From the NCBI GenBank assembly GCA_041601615.1, contig JBFIHX010000005.1, positions 64,001 to 128,000 on the forward strand: 64,000 bases of DNA, read 5' to 3'. Position numbers and translations under genes: made by a program. The notes below the pieces were generated by a model. The model saw only the letters and a list, made by a program, of their open reading frames with translations. It was not told the origin of the DNA and did no database searches. Shown here piece after piece: positions 28,261 to 37,845 of the stretch. This DNA comes from Thermoplasmatota archaeon (GTDB taxonomy: Archaea > Thermoplasmatota > E2 > JACPAO01 > JAHFTW01). Within the stretch, counting starts at the first letter, position 1; the number at the start of each line of letters is the position of its first letter.

Positions 28261-31179
28261 GAAGCCAAAGGCTCCCTTCACGTAATTTTCAACCATTTCC
28301 TTGTACCATGCCCAGTCCACGGTGTGCTCCTGTTTGTGCTCGATGATGTAGTCCACGGGCCACATGTACTCAATGGGCTTGATGCCGGACTTGCGGGGCT
28401 TCTTGATTTGAAGATTGTAGCCGCTCGTGGCAAGTTTTTGCTTGGTGTCCGTCTGTACTTTTGGATCGTGGTACAGGGGCAGCGGGTCCTTGCAGATGAC
28501 GAATTTGAATTTGCGGCCCTGTCGGATCGGCTCTCCCAGTAGGTGCTCGACGGCGATGGTGCGCACGGCGAACGTGGAGAGGGTGCCGTCGGGGTTCGGC
28601 TTGTAGCTACGCACCGGTTGGACACTCTGGCGAAGCACCAGATCCTCCCATGGCGTCTCGTGGATGTGCACGCCGCTCATGACGTCCTTGGTGGCGCGCT
28701 TGATGGCGGTCTTCATGCGCTCGCGGGCGTCTTCTTCCTCGGTCCAACTGGACACTTCCAGGAGCGCCTTTTTCATGATGGGGTGCAGGAGTTTCTGGGC
28801 GAGCGGCGCCTTGTCGCTGCCCTTGAAGTTGTTGCCCTTGGTCTCCATCACCAACTCGTCGCCCTTGGTTTTGAACTTGAGGTAGTTCTTGTGGACGATG
28901 AACACCATAGCGTCGTACTGTTCCGCCTCCAACTCGAAGTCCTCGTAGTCGAGCTCCTTGCGCCAGCGTAGATTCGCGGTCTCGACGGCCTTGAGCGCCT
29001 TATCTGGGAGTGTAATCCAGGAATCAGCGTCTGGTAGCTCGTCGGCGCCCACGGCGGCGGCCAAGTGCGGTAAATTGCCGACGGATTTGCTGCATCCAAG
29101 GTAGATGCCATCCGTGTCGCCATACACCACTCGGATGCCTTCCTTCTCGAAGTCCTCGCGGGTCTCGTGCAGCACTTTTTGGCCAATGGTGGTGATGTTG
29201 GCGCCGCCCCAGACGTTGAATTGACGGCACGAGACGTTGACTGCCACGAGAATGCCGTGGGTGCCAGCGTTGCGGGCGGCCTTGAGGCTCGCGTAGGTCA
29301 TGTCGAGGATACGGATCTGGTCCTTGTCGGCGCCCGTGCGTTTGGCCTCGGCGCGGGCGTTCTTGACCTTCTGAATGGTGTCCAAAATCCCCGTCATGGC
29401 GGAGTTGACGAGGCCGTCTTCGGCGCGGTGCTTGACGCCGATCATCCAGCCACGGCCCCGCGTGAACGTCTCTGCGGGCAGGGGTCGGCGCACTTCGTAG
29501 CGACCCGATTCCGCAAAGCCAGGCTCCAAGTCCATGAGCCAAATCCAATCGTCCACTTTCTCGCCCTTGCGCGCCGGCTGCACGGTGTCGGCGGTGAGGT
29601 TCTGGGCCTTGAGGATCGTCGGATACATGGCGCCCACGTCTGCTTCGACGACGTGGAACCAGGGGACGAAGTGGCTCTGGAGGTCGCTGTCGGGCTTCAG
29701 CGTCAGGCCGCCGACGATGGCATAGCCGTGCGGGTTGTCCTTTCCGCCGTTGGAGCGGCTGATGACGCCCGGGTGCTCGACCCAGAACGGCATTTCGGGG
29801 CCCTGCTTGGCCACACGCAAGAACTCTTTCTCGGCAGCCTCGGGGCCTGCGGTGAGCACGGCCTGGGACACGTCTTCGCGGGTGGGAAAGTCGTCGTAGG
29901 GAATGGCGCGTTGGACGCTGCGAGCAATGCTCTGGGCGCGGCACGTGGCGGGCATGATGCGGCGCTGGCGGCGGGCACGCAGGAAGGCCATGTGGTCCCA
30001 CATTTTCGTATTGCCACCGGTCAAGAGGCTGTCCAGGGGCATGTTGACGGTGAAGCCGAGCGGGAGCGCCTGGGTAAGGAGAATTTGCGTAATGCCGAGT
30101 TGCTCTTGCACGTCGTGCTTGTTGTACTGGAGTGTCTTGGCGTCGAGGCCCATGTTGGCGGCCTCCATGTAGACGCGGCCCGGCACCTCGACGCCGAGCC
30201 AGGGAGCCAAGCCCTTGAGCGTGAAATCGTCATGGAAGAAGTAGAATTTGCGCGCCGCGTGGAATGTGTCCAGCGTCGTGGGGTGAAACACGCTGATGTC
30301 GCTGCTGCTTCCGAAGTGGAAGGAACGGTCTTTGCGGCTCCAGGTGTCCGTGAATTCGTTGAACCAGGACCGCATGCCCTTGCTCAGGAACTCCTGCTTT
30401 TGGTCGCGGGCCAAGAACGACCCGATGCGGTTGCGGATTTGCAGGTTGTCGAAGCCCAGAACGTTGTGGCCCGCAATGATGTCGTGCGTCACCGATTTTT
30501 GGGTGAACTGCATCAAGTTGTCCAGTTCATCATCCTCGTTGTGCGCCACCAATTGGACGACTTCCTTGCCGAGGTAGTCTTGGTCCATGTCCGTGAGCCG
30601 GAAGTCGAATGCCTCCGTTTCCAAGTCCTTGCTTGCTTCGTACTTGACGTCGAAATCCGCGTACCCAATGACGTCGATGGGGATCTCCTTCTTGCCCGAG
30701 CCGTACTCCGTGGTCTCGATGTCGTACGTCAAAACGGAGAGCTGTGCCGGCTTGCCTTTCGTGTCCCAGAGCCACCAGTCATGCTCGGCGCCAAGGTCTC
30801 CAAGGGCGCGCTCGATGTAGGGAATGTCGTGCTCGGCTGTGTAGAAGCCGTGGTCCCAGAACAAGCGGTCGGACACTTCCGGCACCCAGTACGGCCGCTT
30901 GCAGGTGACGGGAATCACCTTGCGGCTGCGGTTGTGGTCCCAAAACGACTGGTATGAGAGCGGTTCGCCCACTTCCAAGACTTTCGACAGGTCCTCTGAG
31001 TTCGGGTCGCCGCCGCGAGCCTCATCCACTGCCGCAAGCAACCGAGTGCGAGCATCCGCGACCGATTCGTCGCCCCGGGGCCATGCCAGGAAGGCCGGCG
31101 CGTGCAGTCCCGCCAGGGGTTGCGGGTCCCGTCCCTGCCAAAACAGGTGGGTGTTGGAGGCGTTCAGCAGCGGCTGCAC
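28213..31179 (-). CDS. polB: Family B DNA polymerase, divergent
   Basis: ExoI DIET, ExoII HNVLGFD, ExoIII YNKHD; polymerase motifs DVGAMYP, KAARNAGTHG, YGDTDG; C-terminal PIP box QRDLSSWF. Confidence 0.9.
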   Translation of the reverse strand: MQPLLNASNTHLFWQGRDPQPLAGLHAPAFLAWPRGDESVADARTRLLAAVDEARGGDPNSEDLSKVLEVGEPLSYQSFWDHNRSRKVIPVTCKRPYWVPEVSDRLFWDHGFYTAEHDIPYIERALGDLGAEHDWWLWDTKGKPAQLSVLTYDIETTEYGSGKKEIPIDVIGYADFDVKYEASKDLETEAFDFRLTDMDQDYLGKEVVQLVAHNEDDELDNLMQFTQKSVTHDIIAGHNVLGFDNLQIRNRIGSFLARDQKQEFLSKGMRSWFNEFTDTWSRKDRSFHFGSSSDISVFHPTTLDTFHAARKFYFFHDDFTLKGLAPWLGVEVPGRVYMEAANMGLDAKTLQYNKHDVQEQLGITQILLTQALPLGFTVNMPLDSLLTGGNTKMWDHMAFLRARRQRRIMPATCRAQSIARSVQRAIPYDDFPTREDVSQAVLTAGPEAAEKEFLRVAKQGPEMPFWVEHPGVISRSNGGKDNPHGYAIVGGLTLKPDSDLQSHFVPWFHVVEADVGAMYPTILKAQNLTADTVQPARKGEKVDDWIWLMDLEPGFAESGRYEVRRPLPAETFTRGRGWMIGVKHRAEDGLVNSAMTGILDTIQKVKNARAEAKRTGADKDQIRILDMTYASLKAARNAGTHGILVAVNVSCRQFNVWGGANITTIGQKVLHETREDFEKEGIRVVYGDTDGIYLGCSKSVGNLPHLAAAVGADELPDADSWITLPDKALKAVETANLRWRKELDYEDFELEAEQYDAMVFIVHKNYLKFKTKGDELVMETKGNNFKGSDKAPLAQKLLHPIMKKALLEVSSWTEEEDARERMKTAIKRATKDVMSGVHIHETPWEDLVLRQSVQPVRSYKPNPDGTLSTFAVRTIAVEHLLGEPIRQGRKFKFVICKDPLPLYHDPKVQTDTKQKLATSGYNLQIKKPRKSGIKPIEYMWPVDYIIEHKQEHTVDWAWYKEMVENYVKGAFGFDSLELAVQRDLSSWF

Positions 31180-31233
31180 GGGTGCCGCAGTGGGGGGTCG
31201 GCCAAGAAGGTACGGGCCGGAGGGGCCAGGTGC

Positions 31234-31959
31234 TTACGGCGCCGGCGCCATGAGTCCGCCGCCCTCGTCGTCGTCATCTTCGCCAAAATCATCGTCTGGG
31301 TCTGGGTCTCCAAGTTCGCCTTGGGCATTGACAAACAAGCACGGGCCAAGGTCCTCTAGGTTCAACTCGTCGCCCAGCCGGCGGCCTGCCATGAGTTGGC
31401 AACGCGTAACACCCACAGGAGCGACGAAGTGGCCGCCATCGCGCAACTGCGACAACAGCATATGCGGAATCGTAGGAATCGCACAGGTGATGTAGATGGC
31501 ATCGAACGGCGCCTCTGCCTCAATGCCCAGCGCTCCGTCACCTTGGATGACACGCACGTCGATGCCGGTTGATTCAAGGTTGCGCGCCGCCCACTCGGCA
31601 AGCTCGGGCAAATATTCGATCGAAAACACCCGACCGGTTTCGCCAACGATTTGCTTGACCACGGCAGCGTGGTAGCCGACTCCGGTGCCGACCTCCAACA
31701 CCTTCTGCCCTGTCTCCAACTGGAGTGCCGCAGTCATCATCGCCACCATGTGTGGCGCACTGATCGTCTGGCCAAAGCCCACAGGCAACGGCCGATCCTC
31801 GTATGCGTGCTCACGCAGTTCGGCGGGCAAGAACATGTGCCGGGGAACGGCCAGCATCGCTTCTTCCAGGCGCGGATCGGTCAGGTAGCCGTCCACCTCC
31901 AACCGCTGGAGCAAGGTTTCACGCTCCTCAAGTCGTTCGGCGGGCAGGGAGTCCTGCAT
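31234..31959 (-). CDS. pcm: Protein-L-isoaspartate O-methyltransferase
   Basis: VPRHMF, GQTISAPHMVA, VLEVGTGVGYHAA, APFDAI. Confidence 0.95.
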   Translation of the reverse strand: MQDSLPAERLEERETLLQRLEVDGYLTDPRLEEAMLAVPRHMFLPAELREHAYEDRPLPVGFGQTISAPHMVAMMTAALQLETGQKVLEVGTGVGYHAAVVKQIVGETGRVFSIEYLPELAEWAARNLESTGIDVRVIQGDGALGIEAEAPFDAIYITCAIPTIPHMLLSQLRDGGHFVAPVGVTRCQLMAGRRLGDELNLEDLGPCLFVNAQGELGDPDPDDDFGEDDDDEGGGLMAPAP

Positions 31960-32041
31960 AGGTACCAATGCGCACCCGTTTGTTTTAGGGTGTTGGGGCC
32001 GGGCCGTCAGGGGCCTCGGTTTTGTCCCAATTTGCCAAGAT

Positions 32042-33253
32042 TCAGGCAGCGCGCAGGAGTTCCCGCACCTTCTCTTGCAGGACTCGGGTCGGCACGTCTG
32101 GCAACGACAGCAGTTGCGTCGTTCCGGCGTGGCCGCGACCGCTCATCTTGGAGTACAGGAACCCGGCGTCCTGGAGTTGCTTGAGGTACTTCCAGAACTG
32201 CGTGTGGGCACGGGGCTGCTCGCCGTGTTCCTCGCAGAGAATGTTGTATGCCTCCTCGACGCTACCGGTGGTGGCATAGGCGCCTTGGTCGCGTTCGAGT
32301 CGGTGCGCCAGCGCCATCAACACCAAGAGCGGATGCTTCTGGAGATTCTGGAGCTTGCTCGTGGTGACGACGCTGTAGGTGTATGCCTTGGCGGTACGCA
32401 CATCGTCGGGCGTAACGCGGTCGCGCAGTTCATCGTCTGCGTTCTGCCCCGACTTGGACAGAAGCTCAATGGCAAGACGTGCGTCACCGGGGCCACTGCG
32501 GGCTTCGCCGGCCGCTTCTCCTGCGATGTCGGCAATCAGGCTGACGCAGTCCGGTTCCACGGAGCCGGGATGGAATGCTAGGTCCACGCGTTGCTGGATG
32601 ATGGGCTCCATTTGGTCCTGGGTGTACGGCTGAACCTGGTAGGAATTGCTGCGCTTGAACGTGGAAAGTGCGGCTTCGTCCAAGAGTTCCAGGACGTTTT
32701 GCTGGCTTACCAGAATGAGGCTGATGCCGACCCAAGCTTGCCCGGTTTCGTCGTTGAACCGGGTCAAATCGTACACGAGGTTGCTGCCGTCGGCGCGCAA
32801 GAGTGCGTCCACTTCGTCGAGGATGACGAGAAGGTGGCAGTCGCGGCGCTCCAAGTGGCGGCGCAAGTCGCGCATCATCTCGCCGACGCTGAAGCCGCGC
32901 TCGGGGTAGTTTGGCTCGAAGTGGTTCAGGATGCCCAGCATGGCCAAGGACGCAGATTTGCGTCGGCGGCAATTGACGTGGACCGATTCCATGCGCCGCC
33001 CTTTCTTGGCAAGCGCCCCTCCGAAGTCCTGGGCAAACCGCTTGGCCACCGCGGTCTTGCCGGTGCCCACGGGGCCCCAGACGAGCGCGTGCTCCCGCGT
33101 GCCTCCTTGCGTGAGGCCTCGGTAGGTGCGGGCAAGAAAGCGCATGGCGTCCTCGCGGTTGGGCAGTTCCTCGGGGACGTAGTCGAAATCGAGCTTGACG
33201 CGATCGCTGAAGACCGTGGGGCCGCCCAACTCCTCCTCGACGAGGCTCATCAT
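32042..33253 (-). CDS. cdc6: Orc1/Cdc6 replication initiator
   Basis: LDFDYVPEELPNRE, Walker A GPVGTGKT, Walker B ILDEVD, GDARLAI, C-terminal winged helix; start among nearby ATGs. Confidence 0.95.
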   Translation of the reverse strand: MMSLVEEELGGPTVFSDRVKLDFDYVPEELPNREDAMRFLARTYRGLTQGGTREHALVWGPVGTGKTAVAKRFAQDFGGALAKKGRRMESVHVNCRRRKSASLAMLGILNHFEPNYPERGFSVGEMMRDLRRHLERRDCHLLVILDEVDALLRADGSNLVYDLTRFNDETGQAWVGISLILVSQQNVLELLDEAALSTFKRSNSYQVQPYTQDQMEPIIQQRVDLAFHPGSVEPDCVSLIADIAGEAAGEARSGPGDARLAIELLSKSGQNADDELRDRVTPDDVRTAKAYTYSVVTTSKLQNLQKHPLLVLMALAHRLERDQGAYATTGSVEEAYNILCEEHGEQPRAHTQFWKYLKQLQDAGFLYSKMSGRGHAGTTQLLSLPDVPTRVLQEKVRELLRAA

Positions 33254-33358
33254 TGGCATGGAGGCCGGCGGAGGCACTTGAGGTCATTCGTTCTGCTCCA
33301 GGGGTCAGCGAAAGCACTCGGGCCATGTCTCAAATGCCCGCGCCCCCTGCAAAGCCCA

Positions 33359-34501
33359 ATGCCGGGCCCCTCGACCAAGGCCGTCCACGCGGGAGAACGA
33401 CCCCACGAAAGCGGCTCGCTCAACACGCCCGTGGTCGCTTCCACCACGTTCCGATTTCCCGAGATGCCCGATGGCTCCCCGTCCCGGTACATCTACAGCC
33501 GCTACGACAACCCGACCGTGCAAGTGCTCGAAGACAAAGTCGCCGCGCTCGAAGGAGCCGAACCCGGCAGCAGTCTTGCATTCGCCTCCGGCCTCGGCGC
33601 CGAGCAAGCGATTTTCGGCGCGTTTCTGCACCCCGGCGACACCATCGTACACCAGCAAGGCATCTACGGCGGCACCACCGCGCTTCTTGCCAACCAATTT
33701 GCAGCACGCGGCGTTCAGGTGCACGCAGCCGGCCGAGACGCGCCCGACGCACTGCCCGCCGGCACCCGGCTCGTGTGGATCGAATCCATCACGAATCCGC
33801 TCCTGCACAAGACCGACGTATCCGCCTGGGCCGCCCTCGCGCACAAACACGGCGCCCTCCTTTGCGTAGACGCCACCTTCGCGTCCCCGATCCTGCAACG
33901 GCCCCTGGAACTTGGCGCCGACATGGTACTGCACAGCGCCACCAAGTACCTCGGCGGCCACTCCGATGTCACCGCCGGCGTCATCACCCTGCGACCCGAA
34001 CTGCGCGACGCCGTCTGGACCGCCCGCCGTGACCAAGGCGCCACCCTCGACCCCCACGCCGCCGACCGCGTCCTTCGAGGCATCAAAACCCTCGCCCTGC
34101 GCATGGAACGACACACCCGCAACGCTGCCCGCCTCGCCCAAGCCGCCCGGGCGGACGCCCCCGGCACCGTCCACGCCGTGCACCACCCCGCGCCTTGTGG
34201 CATGCTCACCCTCGATTTGGGATCCCTTGAAGCGGCCCAAGCGTTCCGACGCGCCCTCCACGTCATTGTGCCCGCCGCAAGCCTCGGCGGCGTCGAGAGC
34301 CTCGTCAGCCTCCCCGTCGAAACCAGCCACGCCTACGCCAGCGCCGAAGCCCGCGCCGCCATGGGTGTGACCGACGGCCTCGTGCGCATCAGCGTCGGCA
34401 TCGAAGACCCCGAAGATCTCCTGGAAGACCTCGGGCGGGGCCTCACCGCAGCAGCCACCGCCACCCCCGACCCCGCCGCTCGACCCCAAACCGCCATCTG
34501 A
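33359..34501 (+). CDS. Cystathionine gamma-lyase/synthase family PLP enzyme
   Basis: YSRYDNPT, ESITNP, DATFASP, HSATKYLGGHSD, SLGGVESL. Confidence 0.92.
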   Translation: MPGPSTKAVHAGERPHESGSLNTPVVASTTFRFPEMPDGSPSRYIYSRYDNPTVQVLEDKVAALEGAEPGSSLAFASGLGAEQAIFGAFLHPGDTIVHQQGIYGGTTALLANQFAARGVQVHAAGRDAPDALPAGTRLVWIESITNPLLHKTDVSAWAALAHKHGALLCVDATFASPILQRPLELGADMVLHSATKYLGGHSDVTAGVITLRPELRDAVWTARRDQGATLDPHAADRVLRGIKTLALRMERHTRNAARLAQAARADAPGTVHAVHHPAPCGMLTLDLGSLEAAQAFRRALHVIVPAASLGGVESLVSLPVETSHAYASAEARAAMGVTDGLVRISVGIEDPEDLLEDLGRGLTAAATATPDPAARPQTAI

Positions 34502-34553
34502 CGCATCGGCCACCACCGAAGCAGCCAAGAGCCAACGCCACAACGGGGGCCCC

Positions 34554-34871
34554 ATGGTCCAAGCCGCATGGATGAAACAGGCGCTGCTAGCGGTCGTCCC
34601 CGACGCCGACGTGCACCCCACGGACCTCACCGGAGGCGGCGACCACTGGCACGTCGTCCTCGTCGCCGCATCCTTCGAGGGCCAACGCAGCTTCCAGCGC
34701 CAAAAACCCATCCTGGCCGCCATGACGCCCTACTTCCAAACCGGCGCCGTCCATGCCCTCGACCTCAAATGCATCACGCCCACGGAGCTGGCGGACAAAT
34801 TTGAGGGAAAGCTGCCCATTCCGTTCGTGCCGCACCAACAAGGCGAAGGGATGCACCCGAACGACTGGTAA
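34554..34871 (+). CDS. bolA: BolA/IbaG family protein
   Basis: DLTGGGDHW..VAASFEG..QRQK..VHALDLK. Confidence 0.88.
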   Translation: MVQAAWMKQALLAVVPDADVHPTDLTGGGDHWHVVLVAASFEGQRSFQRQKPILAAMTPYFQTGAVHALDLKCITPTELADKFEGKLPIPFVPHQQGEGMHPNDW

Positions 34872-35071
34872 CGCGCCGATTCCACTCGTTCGAGCCGACG
34901 GCTAGGTGCGCCGGAACCCGAACGCGGGGCATGGACCACGTCAACTTCGAAGAAATAGGCCTGTTTTGGAACACGCTTTGGGCTGTGGGGCTGGCTCTGG
35001 TTGCACACCACGTTTTCGTGTGATATGTGCCGGGGCTGAGACTTATCGCGTATAAGTGCCGAGGTGTTGCA

Positions 35072-36148
35072 CTAATCAGCGAGGGCTTGCCGGAACACAT
35101 CCTGCAAAAACCGCGTGCTGATGCGGTACTCGGCGCCTTTTTTGTCACCGCGTCGCTCCAAGAATCCGTCACTGGTCAGGGTCGCAAGCGCCTTGCTCAT
35201 GCCGCTGCCGCTGTGGCCGCCGTCATTGGGAAAATCCCTGCGTGCAAACCAATCGCCGTCGCCACCGATGGCCCACAACGCCATGTTGCGCGCCGACTGG
35301 CTGTGCAGACCGTCTAGGTAGGGCTTGAGGTCGCCCAGATGGACCGCGTCCGTGTATGCCCGCTTCAGTTGCCGTGCGAAGTACCGGGTCCAGACGTGCC
35401 AGGTCCTGCCGTCATTCGTGCTGCGGATCGCGTCGTAATAACGCTCGCCGCTGCGAAAAAAGCGGGCGTCGAGCGGTACCAGGCCGATGTTCTGGAACCC
35501 CAGCCACTTCAGGACGTGCGCGTTCAGCAGACGCCCGATGCGCCCGTTGCCGTCGTGAAACGGATGGATGCCCTGAAACTCGGCAAAAAACATCGCCGCC
35601 ACCGACACGGGCTCGCCCTTGTACTGATATGCTGCGAGCCACGCACACAGCGCGTCCAATTCCTGACGGGTGCGTTCCGGTGGAGTCGCCACGAAGGTCC
35701 ATACACCCGGCATGGGCCCGACGCCGTTCTGGGCGACTTTGAGGCGGCCCGGGCCGAACTCGTCGTTCTGACCCGCGTAGATGCTCCCGTGCAGGGCACA
35801 GATCGAATCCGTCGTCAGGGGCGCAAGCTCACTGCGCTGGGTCTCGTGGATGTGCTGGTACTCACGGGCAAACCGAAGGGTCTCCAGTTCTGACTGGGTC
35901 GTGGGGGTCGAGCCGTCGAAGATCTGCCTGGCCCTGCCAAAATCGATGAGCACGCCCTCCTGGCGCAAACTGCTGACCACATTGCGAAGACGCGCCATGG
36001 TGAGAACGGCCCGGTGCAGGTTCTGGCTCAATACGCCGTCGTCGAGCTTGCCATCCAGGCGCAGGCATTGCCGGCCTGGGCTGACCACCGCCACGTCTGA
36101 AGGAATGCGTGGGCGGAAGCCGTCGGAGGTGTCTGCCTTCACCTGCAC
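35072..36148 (-). CDS. Fic family protein with a C-terminal HTH
   Basis: Canonical motif HPFHDGNGRIGR. Confidence 0.9.
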   Translation of the reverse strand: MQVKADTSDGFRPRIPSDVAVVSPGRQCLRLDGKLDDGVLSQNLHRAVLTMARLRNVVSSLRQEGVLIDFGRARQIFDGSTPTTQSELETLRFAREYQHIHETQRSELAPLTTDSICALHGSIYAGQNDEFGPGRLKVAQNGVGPMPGVWTFVATPPERTRQELDALCAWLAAYQYKGEPVSVAAMFFAEFQGIHPFHDGNGRIGRLLNAHVLKWLGFQNIGLVPLDARFFRSGERYYDAIRSTNDGRTWHVWTRYFARQLKRAYTDAVHLGDLKPYLDGLHSQSARNMALWAIGGDGDWFARRDFPNDGGHSGSGMSKALATLTSDGFLERRGDKKGAEYRISTRFLQDVFRQALAD

Positions 36149-36248
36149 GAAGATATGTATAAAATAAGCATATCATAGCATTTGCGTATGGCCAGGCGCT
36201 TATGCTCCGGCGCAAACGCTCAAGTCCCGCCGCCCCGACTGACCCCTC

Positions 36249-36632
36249 ATGGACATCCCAATGGCCGGTGCTCCCGCCGCCGCCCCGACTGCCAACTTCG
36301 CCCTCACGCCCGAGCAAAAGCAGGAGTGGGACGACCTCATCGCCAGCAACGACCTCGTGTTGTTCATGAAGGGCACCCCGGACGCGCCCCAGTGTGGCTT
36401 CAGTGCCCGCGCCGCCGGCGTGCTGCAGCACCTGGAGCGCCCCTTTGCGCACGTGAACATGTTCGCGCAGCCGGACCCGCGACAAGCCATCCAAGCCATT
36501 GCCGAGTGGTCCCAATTCCCGACCCTTCCGCAGGTCTACGTCAAGGGTGAACTCATCGGCGGCAGCGACATTGCGTTGGAGATGTTGGAAAGCGGCGAAC
36601 TGAGTGAGATGCTGGGCGAAGCCCAGGATTGA
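36249..36632 (+). CDS. grxD: Monothiol glutaredoxin (Grx4/GrxD)
   Basis: LFMKGTPDAPQCGFS, PTLPQVYVKGELIGGSDI. Confidence 0.95.
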   Translation: MDIPMAGAPAAAPTANFALTPEQKQEWDDLIASNDLVLFMKGTPDAPQCGFSARAAGVLQHLERPFAHVNMFAQPDPRQAIQAIAEWSQFPTLPQVYVKGELIGGSDIALEMLESGELSEMLGEAQD

Positions 36633-36817
36633 GCGAGGGAGCCGCTTTCTTTGCTGCTGTGCCGCCAGGTGCAGCACGCTGGAGAGTGGCGAACTGGAGG
36701 ATGTGTTGGGCGAAGCCCAGGATTGAGCGAGGAAGCCGCTTTCTTTGCTGCTGTGCCGCCAGGTGCAGCACGCTGGAGAGTGGCGAGCTGGAGGATGTGC
36801 TGGGCGAAGCCAGCTAA
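36585..36817 (+). repeat. 94-bp tandem repeat of the grxD 3' end plus spacer
   Basis: LESGELSEMLGEAQD* (36585-36632), LESGELEDVLGEAQD* (36679-36726), LESGELEDVLGEAS* (36773-36817). Confidence 0.93.
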
Positions 36818-36873
36818 ATCCGTCCCCCGCCCGCGCCCGCAGCGACCAAGTACCCTTGCCGCAAGTGGGCGCC

Positions 36874-37776
36874 ATGCGTGGGTGGTCCACTGTTTGCATT
36901 GTCACGTCTGCAGTCGTCTTGTTTGCCGGTTGCATCGGGGCCGGCGATGCAGGGCCGGACCTGCCGGAACTTACTTGGGCTCCAACTTACACGGTCACGA
37001 CGACGCCATTGGAGCCGTTCGAACTCCAAGGAACCAACGTCTTCGGCTACGACGCGACACGCCCCTCCAACCGGGCACTGTTCGTGCAAAACGAAGATGA
37101 CATGGCTAGGCGAAACGTCCGCGTCGACGGCACTTGGTACACCACCGATGAAGGCAGAGGATGGACCCGCTACGCAAACCAAGTGGATCTGGACGCAAGC
37201 TCCCGAGCCCACCGCATCCAAACCTGGGACCTGCGCGGACTCGTCGAGTCGGCAAGCACCGCCGAATGGACGGGCTACGAACTGCTCACCTCCACGCGCG
37301 TCACCGCCAACGGCCGCACCGAGACCGTCACGGTTCACGCAGCACTGGACGGCGGGCGCGTGGTGTCTGCCTCCATCGACAGCCCGTTTGACCCGGAATC
37401 CCCCTACACGGTCGTCGCCGGCGGCACCCTGCCATTCTCCATTCGAGCCCCCGCCACTGCAACCTTGACACGCTCCGAAGCCAACGATGGAGACGCAACA
37501 GCTCGCTCCCGCCACGCCCAAATCATCGGCTGGATCGACGATTACCGCACCCAAACTGGCGCCTTGCCGCGCTCCATCGACGCCCAAACGCTCGCCGTTC
37601 AGCGCCTAGGAGCCGCTTGGCCAACCAATCCGTTTAGTAATGAAGCGATGCGGGACGCCGATTCCAGCGGACATTTCATTTGGAAATATTGTTCTGCTCA
37701 AAACGCATCATACAGGGGCCTGGGATGGGATAAAAGTCCCATTGGTGAAAGTTTTGGCACAGGTTGTTCAAATTGA
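36874..37776 (+). CDS. Hypothetical lipoprotein
   Basis: Lipobox VLFAGC after ATG at 36874. Confidence 0.75.
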   Translation: MRGWSTVCIVTSAVVLFAGCIGAGDAGPDLPELTWAPTYTVTTTPLEPFELQGTNVFGYDATRPSNRALFVQNEDDMARRNVRVDGTWYTTDEGRGWTRYANQVDLDASSRAHRIQTWDLRGLVESASTAEWTGYELLTSTRVTANGRTETVTVHAALDGGRVVSASIDSPFDPESPYTVVAGGTLPFSIRAPATATLTRSEANDGDATARSRHAQIIGWIDDYRTQTGALPRSIDAQTLAVQRLGAAWPTNPFSNEAMRDADSSGHFIWKYCSAQNASYRGLGWDKSPIGESFGTGCSN

Positions 37777-37845
37777 GCACTTATCCCTAGTACGGGGACC
37801 AAAACCACGCAAACCACTAAGAACGAACTGTCGGGTCGTTGCCGC

